The position numbers and the translations under genes were made by a program. 64,000 nucleotides of DNA. Source: Candidatus Falkowbacteria bacterium (GTDB taxonomy: Bacteria > Patescibacteriota > Patescibacteriia > Patescibacteriales > UBA12075). The notes under the pieces were generated by a model. It was not told the origin of the DNA and made no database searches. It saw only the letters and a list, made by a program, of their open reading frames with translations. This document shows, piece after piece, positions 56,459 to 63,069 of this stretch (the stretch's first letter is position 1; each line of letters opens with the position of its first letter). The stretch is from contig DOSJ01000012.1 in NCBI GenBank assembly GCA_003514005.1, forward strand, positions 26,508 to 90,507. The letters are read 5' to 3'.

Positions 56459-56490
56459 TTTATTTTAGAATAGAAATAATGTTTTGAAAA

Positions 56491-58731
56491 ATGCTTAAAG
56501 AACCAAAATTCGAGGCAGTCAGAATAAATCCGGACAATCGTGATGAAGAGATATTGTCCGGTTTTACAGTGGAGGAGCGCGCAGAAATTGAGAATAAGCG
56601 AAAGATTTTATCATCTTTGGCTTTTTTTATTGGCAAGGACTTTGAGATTCCCGTGGAATTGAACGAGCCAGGGAAAGGCTGGCATTGGAATTTCAAGAAT
56701 AATATTATTCGGATTGATCCGAAAGATTTGCTTGAGAAGCCGATGGATTATCTGCGCTTCGTTATATCACATGAGGGTGGACATCGGCGAATTTCGCGTA
56801 CGGATTTTATTCCAAAAGAGGTTTGGCAAGAGCCTGGTTTTTCTTTTTTGATGAATTCGATCGAGGATCCGCGCGATAATAATTTTGTGGCCGATGCTTA
56901 TCCGAAATTTCGCGAGCAGATGGAGTCTGCCTATCGGGACGACATGGATATTGAAGGTAAGTCAATCGAGAAGGCCAAGCAAAAACTGGGTTATCAGCCA
57001 CGTTTTATGCAGGCGGGTTTTGAATATATCAAACAGTGGTATCGCGATACGCATGATGACGGGATAGCAGTGACGCAAGAATTGCCAGAAGAAGTGCGCA
57101 CGGTCGTTGAAAAAACAGTTGAGGCGGCCAGAGATTCATGGTGGAAATATCCTTCCAAGGAAGAGGCGGATGCGAGCGAAGATACTATAAGCAAATATGC
57201 AGAGGCTTCATATAAGATAAATTTAAAAAAAGTGTGGCCGGAATTCAAAAAGTTAATAGAGAAAGACCAGGAAGACCAGAAGATGCAAGAATTTTTAAAA
57301 GATATGGAAGTTGAACTGGGTGAAAAACAAAGCGGCGAGCATGGCACTCCAGACAGTTTAAAAGATAAATTAACCGATCAAGAGAAAAAAGAACTAGAGG
57401 AAGCAATTAAAAAAGCGCTTGAAGATGTGAAGGAGAGTAAAAACAACCAAGACTCAGAAAATGACGAATCGCAACCGAATGAGAAAAGCGACGAAGATAA
57501 AGACGGTGATTCTATATCTGGCGAAACATCCTCTGACGTAAAAACTATCGCAGATAAAATGGCTGGCAAGCCATCCTCTACCAAGGCTCCGGACGGCAAA
57601 CCGATTGAACTTGATTCGCTTTCCGATGAATTAAAACAAAAAATCAAAGAATATATTGAGGGTTTGTCGGATGACAAGAAAAAAGAATTGGCAGAAAAAG
57701 CCGGCAAGGCAATTAAGGATTTTGAAGATGAGATAAATAAAGATTTGAAAGGCAAATTTTCTGATGAATCGGGCGAATCAGAGCCAAAAAAGGACAAAGA
57801 TGTCGAAGGTGATAAAAAGGTGGAAGTAGAAAATGATACAAGCGATAAAAATGTAGCGGTTGATTTTAGTAAAAAAGACCAAGAAGAATTCCGAAAAAAC
57901 TTGGAAAATATTTTTATTGAAGCCAAAAACGATCCATATAATAAGGCTTTGAAACAAATCGCGCCGCTGATAGACAATCTGGCAGGCGACTTGCGGGATG
58001 TATTTATCAAAAGAAAACAAGAAAGTAATGAAGCAGAATACAGAAGTGGAAAAAGATGGAATGTGAAAAAGCGCATAAAGGAGATTTCTTCAGGAATTCC
58101 TTTGTTTAAAAGCGAAGCCAGGGAACAGAAAAATAGTGAAAGTGAAGAAAAGGATTACGCACTGACTTTATTAATCGACTTATCTGGTTCGATGCGACAG
58201 AATGGAAAAATAAACGAAGCGTTTAAATCCACAATCCTTTTGGCTGAAGTTTTGCATGACCTTGATATTAAATTTGAGATTGTCGGATTTCAAGATTGTT
58301 TGATAGAATTTAAGAAATTTGAAGCAGATTTGAATAATGAGATGCGGCAAAAAATAAATCAGATGCTTTTGGAAGTTGATGACAGCAATGAAGGTGGCAA
58401 TAATAATTGCGGCGACAATAACGACGGTGAATGTCTTTTGGGTGCTTCGGAACATTTGCAAAAACAAATGGCAGAAAATAAATTTTTGATAGTTTTGTCC
58501 GACGGCGAACCGGCTATGGATTCTAGAAGAAAAAGCTCAAGTCAGCTTGACCGAGAATTAAAAGAAGTAGTAAAATATATAAAAGAGAATACCGAGCAAA
58601 AATTGATAGGCATCGGCTTGTTATCGTCAGCCGTAAAAAAATATTATCCGAATAATATCCCAAATGTTTCAACTAAGGAATTGGCAGAGATTTTAGGTAG
58701 CGTTATTCGCGAAATTATTGAAAATTATTAA
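56491..58731 (+). CDS. HExxH metallopeptidase-like N-domain, long acidic linker and C-terminal vWA domain (MoxR partner)
   Basis: HEGGH at aa 94-98 (nt 56770-56784). About 300 aa of E/D/K-rich low complexity. vWA MIDAS LTLLIDLSGSM (nt ~58176) and LIVLSDGEP. No signal peptide. Confidence 0.75.
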   Translation: MLKEPKFEAVRINPDNRDEEILSGFTVEERAEIENKRKILSSLAFFIGKDFEIPVELNEPGKGWHWNFKNNIIRIDPKDLLEKPMDYLRFVISHEGGHRRISRTDFIPKEVWQEPGFSFLMNSIEDPRDNNFVADAYPKFREQMESAYRDDMDIEGKSIEKAKQKLGYQPRFMQAGFEYIKQWYRDTHDDGIAVTQELPEEVRTVVEKTVEAARDSWWKYPSKEEADASEDTISKYAEASYKINLKKVWPEFKKLIEKDQEDQKMQEFLKDMEVELGEKQSGEHGTPDSLKDKLTDQEKKELEEAIKKALEDVKESKNNQDSENDESQPNEKSDEDKDGDSISGETSSDVKTIADKMAGKPSSTKAPDGKPIELDSLSDELKQKIKEYIEGLSDDKKKELAEKAGKAIKDFEDEINKDLKGKFSDESGESEPKKDKDVEGDKKVEVENDTSDKNVAVDFSKKDQEEFRKNLENIFIEAKNDPYNKALKQIAPLIDNLAGDLRDVFIKRKQESNEAEYRSGKRWNVKKRIKEISSGIPLFKSEAREQKNSESEEKDYALTLLIDLSGSMRQNGKINEAFKSTILLAEVLHDLDIKFEIVGFQDCLIEFKKFEADLNNEMRQKINQMLLEVDDSNEGGNNNCGDNNDGECLLGASEHLQKQMAENKFLIVLSDGEPAMDSRRKSSSQLDRELKEVVKYIKENTEQKLIGIGLLSSAVKKYYPNNIPNVSTKELAEILGSVIREIIENY

Positions 58732-58783
58732 AATATACTAATATATAAAGTATAATGCGAATACTACAAATATTTTAAAAAAT

Positions 58784-59203
58784 ATGGATATTGCATCAAA
58801 AATTAAAAAATTAATCGAAGTTGTCGGTAAATTAGGCGAAATTGGCTTGATTATTATTGAGGATGAAAAAGAGAAAGTTGGAATGCAAAAACAGATTGCC
58901 GCGGAATTAAATCAAGCGGGCGTTGCCAGTGCCAAAAATTATTTGGAAGTCATGGACTTTTTGGAAAAATCCAAAGCTTTTTATTATTTGGAAGAGACGG
59001 ATAAGTTAGACGATTTGATGCTGGAAATAATCGCGGAATACAAAACCGGTATTGTTAGTTTGCAGGATAGAAAAAATAGTACAGGTTTAAGAACGGTCAA
59101 ATTTAATCCAAATGATAACTATTTTATTTTAATCTTAAGCAGGAAGCAAGTCGAGGCATCCGGGCAATTTTTTGAATTTATTGGACCGATAGAGTCTTTT
59201 TGA
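58784..59203 (+). CDS. Hypothetical 139-aa protein, operon member
   Basis: The ORF ends 5 nt before the ATG of the AAA+ gene. No recognisable motif. Confidence 0.55.
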   Translation: MDIASKIKKLIEVVGKLGEIGLIIIEDEKEKVGMQKQIAAELNQAGVASAKNYLEVMDFLEKSKAFYYLEETDKLDDLMLEIIAEYKTGIVSLQDRKNSTGLRTVKFNPNDNYFILILSRKQVEASGQFFEFIGPIESF

Positions 59204-59208
59204 AATAT

Positions 59209-61287
59209 ATGAAAAATGAATCACAATTTAACATGACCACGCTAGTTGAAGCCGAAGATGTACAAGTCAATAAAAAGACTGAGAATCCAGAAAGGAAAGA
59301 AGGTTTAAGTAAGAAATATTTTGAAGAACGCGAAGATGTCTGTGTTTATCTTGGTGTTGAAGTGCCAAAAGGCGAGGGTGGCGATCTGGTGCCGAATAAA
59401 AGCGCTTTTGAAAATTATTATTTAACCAAAGAGGATTATATTTTACGCCGGGAAATTGCTACTTCACTGGTACTGAACAAGCCATTACTGCTTGAAGGTG
59501 GAACCGGTATTGGCAAGACTTCGGCGGTTGCAAATATGTGCGCGGATTTGAATACGAATTATTGCAAGGTGGCATTTGGACGGAATACGACTGTGGAGGA
59601 CGTGATCGGAAACAAAGACGTGGACATTGTCGATGGCAAAGAGGTTTTTCTTTGGCATGATGGCAAACTTTTGAAAGCGATTCGTGAAGGCGGCATTGCT
59701 TTTCTGGATGAATATAATTTCCAAGGGTCAAAGATTGCCGGACATGTTAATCCGATTATCGACGCAATTTTGAATGGATACAAAACAGTTTCTATCCCAG
59801 AAAATAATCACGAGCAAGTTACAGTGCATCCGAATTTTCGCCTTGTGGCGGCACAGAATCCGCCCGGTACGGAAGAAGGACAAGAATTTCCCGGTCGGGA
59901 AGTGCTTGGCTCTGAAACATTTGGACGTTGGGCTTATCATAAAATGCCATTAAAGATGAGCAAAGAAATGCGACTTAATCGGCGCAAAGGAACAATGGGC
60001 AAGAAGATTGGTATTAATATAACCGATTCTGAATTTCGCTTTTTAGGGAATGACATTCCCACTTCGGAATTGATCGATATACCCGGCATGGAGCATTGGG
60101 CGGAAAAGAGCGTGGAAATAATCGAGATGTTGGAAGAAAAATCCAGCGGCGCTGGCAAGGATATGGCCAAAGATCAGCGCCAGAAATTATCATTTAATCC
60201 GCGCTTGGAGCAGGGGATAGATCGCTATGTGGCAAAATTTTATCGTGGTGATGTAAACCAAGTCTGGAGCGATGCTTTGGAATATTTTTTGGTGAATATG
60301 TACAAATCGGATATTGATAAAGAAAAAGTGCGAGAGGCTATCCGGCAGTCGTATTATATTCCGCCCAAGACCGAGTCTAAAAGAAAAGGGTTGGATGAAA
60401 ATGATGAGGAGGATGAAGAAAAAGAAAAACAAGATTTAATCGACAGAATTAAGAAAGCAAAAGGCGAAATTCCCTCTTGGATTGTGGGTGATACTGAAGA
60501 TAGTTCAGTCAAGGCTGAAATCGAAACCGCCCCGTCCACGCCCGAATTCGCAAAAGCCAAACTCGAACTACAAAAATCCGAAACTGAAGCAATCAAAAAA
60601 TACTTTGGTAAAACAGCCGAGGCAATCGAAGTCCCGCCCATCCCTGCCGAAATCACTGCCGAACAATTCGAATTCTGGAAAAATAACAAATTTAAACTCC
60701 ATTATAGTCCAGGCATTGAAATAAAAAAAGACAATGAATTTCCAGGCATGAAGGAGAGATTAAGCGATAATATTTATGAATGGATGAAAAAAGACGACAA
60801 GGGAAAAAGTAAAATCAATATTGATTCCGCTATTTTGCCTAAAGGTTGGATATTGATTGACGAACGTCCAAAACCGCAATATGACAACGGAAACCAGATG
60901 TACGAAGACGATATTTTGGCCCCGGTTTTGGAAGACTTGCGAAAAAAGGGCTTGATAGCGGGTTATAAAGAAAAAGGCTCGCGTAATGTATCAAATGATG
61001 AATTTAATAAACCGGAAGTGAAAGAAACCTTTGCTAAGGCCTTGAAAATTAAACCCGAACAACTGGAACTTCCCAAAGCCGTCTTGTTTAATTATATCGG
61101 CAATAAATCGCATCCAGAATGGGGCAATACAAATACCTGGGAATGGTTTCAAGATGAATATACGAGCGGTAGCCGTTTGAACGGCGGCGATTCGGGCAAC
61201 GGCGGTCTTTCGTACGCGGACTACGCTTCGTCCGGCTTTCGGTTCGACTCCTTGGGTTTCCGTCCTTCGGTTCGTTTCTCTGTTTAA
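59209..61287 (+). CDS. DGR target 1: MoxR-like (AAA_5-type) ATPase fused to a C-terminal C-type-lectin/FGE-like variable domain
   Basis: Walker A LLLEGGTGIGKTS, Walker B IAFLDEYN, sensor RLVAAQNP. C-terminus WEWFQDEYTSGSRLNGGDSGNGGLSYADYASSGFRFDSLGFRPSVRFSV contains VR1. No signal peptide or TM segment. Confidence 0.85.
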   Translation: MKNESQFNMTTLVEAEDVQVNKKTENPERKEGLSKKYFEEREDVCVYLGVEVPKGEGGDLVPNKSAFENYYLTKEDYILRREIATSLVLNKPLLLEGGTGIGKTSAVANMCADLNTNYCKVAFGRNTTVEDVIGNKDVDIVDGKEVFLWHDGKLLKAIREGGIAFLDEYNFQGSKIAGHVNPIIDAILNGYKTVSIPENNHEQVTVHPNFRLVAAQNPPGTEEGQEFPGREVLGSETFGRWAYHKMPLKMSKEMRLNRRKGTMGKKIGINITDSEFRFLGNDIPTSELIDIPGMEHWAEKSVEIIEMLEEKSSGAGKDMAKDQRQKLSFNPRLEQGIDRYVAKFYRGDVNQVWSDALEYFLVNMYKSDIDKEKVREAIRQSYYIPPKTESKRKGLDENDEEDEEKEKQDLIDRIKKAKGEIPSWIVGDTEDSSVKAEIETAPSTPEFAKAKLELQKSETEAIKKYFGKTAEAIEVPPIPAEITAEQFEFWKNNKFKLHYSPGIEIKKDNEFPGMKERLSDNIYEWMKKDDKGKSKINIDSAILPKGWILIDERPKPQYDNGNQMYEDDILAPVLEDLRKKGLIAGYKEKGSRNVSNDEFNKPEVKETFAKALKIKPEQLELPKAVLFNYIGNKSHPEWGNTNTWEWFQDEYTSGSRLNGGDSGNGGLSYADYASSGFRFDSLGFRPSVRFSV
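61165..61270 (+). repeat. DGR variable repeat 1 (VR1)
   Basis: 106 bp aligning without gaps to the TR. There are 10 differences, all at TR adenines. Confidence 0.92.
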
Positions 61288-61517
61288 ATCGGATCTTTGG
61301 TTTTTTGGCCTTTGGAAATTTTATTTAACACAACATGGAGCTAATGTAGCCGGTTTGTATTATGCAAATGACGGTTCGCTCCAAAAAAGAGAAACGACTT
61401 GTTTTGGTTTGACGCGGGAAAAATGTCCAGGTATTGAGCGTGTACATTTTATACAAGTGCGACCATCCGACAAAACGGATCGAAGCACCCTTGCCAAAGA
61501 TGGACCAAGGCAAAGAA

Positions 61518-61623
61518 AGCGGTAACCGTTTGAACGGCGGCGATTCGGACAACGGCGGTCTTTCGAACGCGGACTACGATTCGTCCGGCAATCGGAACGA
61601 CAACTTGGGTTTCCGTCCTTCGG
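61518..61623 (+). repeat. DGR template repeat (TR)
   Basis: Intergenic 106-bp copy of the VRs with 21 adenines, mostly in AAC/AAT/GAC codons when read in the target frame. The 71-aa ORF-track ORF over it is not a gene. Confidence 0.92.
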
Positions 61624-61635
61624 CCGTATCTCAAA

Positions 61636-61668
61636 AGAATTCCGCTTAATCGGCGGAATTCTTTTTTT
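61636..61668. terminator. Perfect 10-bp hairpin (agaattccgc/gcggaattct) plus T7, 13 nt downstream of the TR and overlapping the avd stop
   Basis: Stem at 61636-61645 / 61653-61662, 7-nt loop, T-run 61662-61668. The avd stop codon (61646-61648) lies in the loop. Confidence 0.7.
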
Positions 61669-62044
61669 GTGGATTTTTTATCCAACCGCCAAGTTGGCAT
61701 CCGATTTCTTGTATTTGAATTTGAAGTAATAAATATTCTTTTTCTTCGATTGCACTTGAATCTTTTAAAAGTCGAATGATTACTTTTAACAAATCAAGCT
61801 GATCACTGGCTGTGTTTAACAAGTTTATCCGTTCGTAATTATATTTTCGGTTGGCCTTGAATAGCAAAATAAAAAAATCAACAATCAAATTATCGCATTT
61901 TGTACCCAAACAGTAACGATCGATTTTTGGCAATGTTTTGGAGATCAAATGCCAACTTAGATAAAAATCATAAGTCTTATGAATAATCGGAGCGCTAAAA
62001 CTTGGCTGGGGGGGGGGGGCATAATAGTAGATATCAAAAATCAA
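61646..62044 (-). CDS. avd: Avd-like accessory variability determinant (four-helix-bundle protein)
   Basis: ...LPKIDRYCLGTKCDNLIVDFFILLFKA...LLNTASDQLDLLKVIIRLL...EKEYLLLQIQIQEIGCQLGGWIK matches the pattern of DGR-associated four-helix-bundle proteins. Confidence 0.75.
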   Translation of the reverse strand: MIFDIYYYAPPPQPSFSAPIIHKTYDFYLSWHLISKTLPKIDRYCLGTKCDNLIVDFFILLFKANRKYNYERINLLNTASDQLDLLKVIIRLLKDSSAIEEKEYLLLQIQIQEIGCQLGGWIKNPQKKNSAD

Positions 62045-63063
62045 AATGCAAAATTGAATGCAATGAAATTTTTGAAGAAATTATTTGTTTAGAAAATTTA
62101 TTCGCAGCTTGGCGTGAATTTTATAAAGGGAAAAAGCAGAAAAAAGATGTCGAGGAATTTTCCGTAAATTTAGAAGATAATATTTTTGCGTTGCACGATG
62201 ATTTGAAAAACGGTAATTATCAACACTCTCAGTATGCATCATTTTTTGTCTGTGACCCAAAATTGCGACATATCCACAAAGCCTGTGTCCGTGATCGGCT
62301 TTTGCATAACGCGATTGTTCGCATTGTTGAACCAGTTTTTGAAAGAATATTTATTTTTGATTCATATTCTTCGCGAAAAAACAAAGGAACACATAAGGCC
62401 ATTGAAAGATTTAAAAAATTTGCTTGGGCATTGTCGCAAAATAATACAAAAACGGTTTGGGTGTTAAAATGTGATATTCGGAAATATTTTAACTCGGTGA
62501 ATCATGAAATTTTAATGAATTTGTTAAAAAAAAGAATATTTGATGATAAATTAATACATCTTCTCGAAAATATAATAAAAAGCTATAATAAAGAAGAAGA
62601 GAAAGGAATTCCCCTGGGAAATTTGACTAGTCAATTGTTTTCCAATGTTTATTTGAATGAATTGGATGATTTTATTAAAAGGAAACTTGGTTTTAACCAC
62701 TATACCCGATATGCCGATGATTTTCTTTTGGTAAGTAAAAGAAAATCAGAACTTTTGGCTATATTGGAAGATATTGGAAAATTTTTAGAAGATAAGTTGA
62801 AATTGTCATTGCACCCCAAAAAAGTAATAATTCAAAAATGGCATCAGGGTGTTGATTTTCTTGGTTATAAGATTTTTCCACACCATATATTATTACGGAC
62901 AAAAACCAAAAAGCGAATTTTAATGAAAATGAAAATATTTAAGAAAAAGTTAATATCTGGAAACATAAATAAAAATAATTTTGAGCAATCCAAAAATTCG
63001 TATTTGGGAATATTAAAACACTGTTTTGGACACAAAATAGAATGTATACTAAAAAATAATTAA
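62002..63063 (+). CDS. DGR reverse transcriptase
   Basis: RT motifs VLKCDIRKYFNSVNH, GIPLGNLTSQLFSNVYLNELD (the DGR-typical SQ motif), YTRYADDFLLVS (YxDD), GVDFLGYKIF. The start is uncertain: the only canonical in-frame start is TTG at 62002, upstream of the G12 tract. Confidence 0.9.
   Translation: MAGGGGHNSRYQKSKCKIECNEIFEEIICLENLFAAWREFYKGKKQKKDVEEFSVNLEDNIFALHDDLKNGNYQHSQYASFFVCDPKLRHIHKACVRDRLLHNAIVRIVEPVFERIFIFDSYSSRKNKGTHKAIERFKKFAWALSQNNTKTVWVLKCDIRKYFNSVNHEILMNLLKKRIFDDKLIHLLENIIKSYNKEEEKGIPLGNLTSQLFSNVYLNELDDFIKRKLGFNHYTRYADDFLLVSKRKSELLAILEDIGKFLEDKLKLSLHPKKVIIQKWHQGVDFLGYKIFPHHILLRTKTKKRILMKMKIFKKKLISGNINKNNFEQSKNSYLGILKHCFGHKIECILKNN
62008..62019. repeat. G12/C12 homopolymer inside the overlapping 5' ends of avd (PPPQ) and the RT ORF (GGGG)
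   Basis: Counted directly: 12 consecutive G on the plus strand. Confidence 0.95.
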
Positions 63064-63069
63064 AATATT

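Noticed and set aside
57378-58076. 232-aa antisense ORF, with similar antisense ORFs in ribosomal genes (44472-44999, 49670-50194, 52847-53350)
   Set aside because: These are mirror images of Lys/Glu-rich or otherwise confidently identified genes. Their low-complexity Ser/Phe-rich translations are typical shadow ORFs.
61434-61649. 71-aa ORF from the ORF track
   Set aside because: It is the DGR template repeat read in the target frame (…GNRLNGGDSDNGGLSNADYDSSGNRNDNLGFRP…). The upstream part has no coding features. TRs are non-coding RNA templates.
62002-63063. RT as a group II intron maturase or retron RT
   Set aside because: No intron RNA domains (e.g. a domain V-like hairpin) or msr/msd-type repeats flank it, and there is no maturase or endonuclease extension. 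The presence of a TR/VR pair with A-only mismatches, an Avd-like gene and the GNLTSQ motif points to a DGR.
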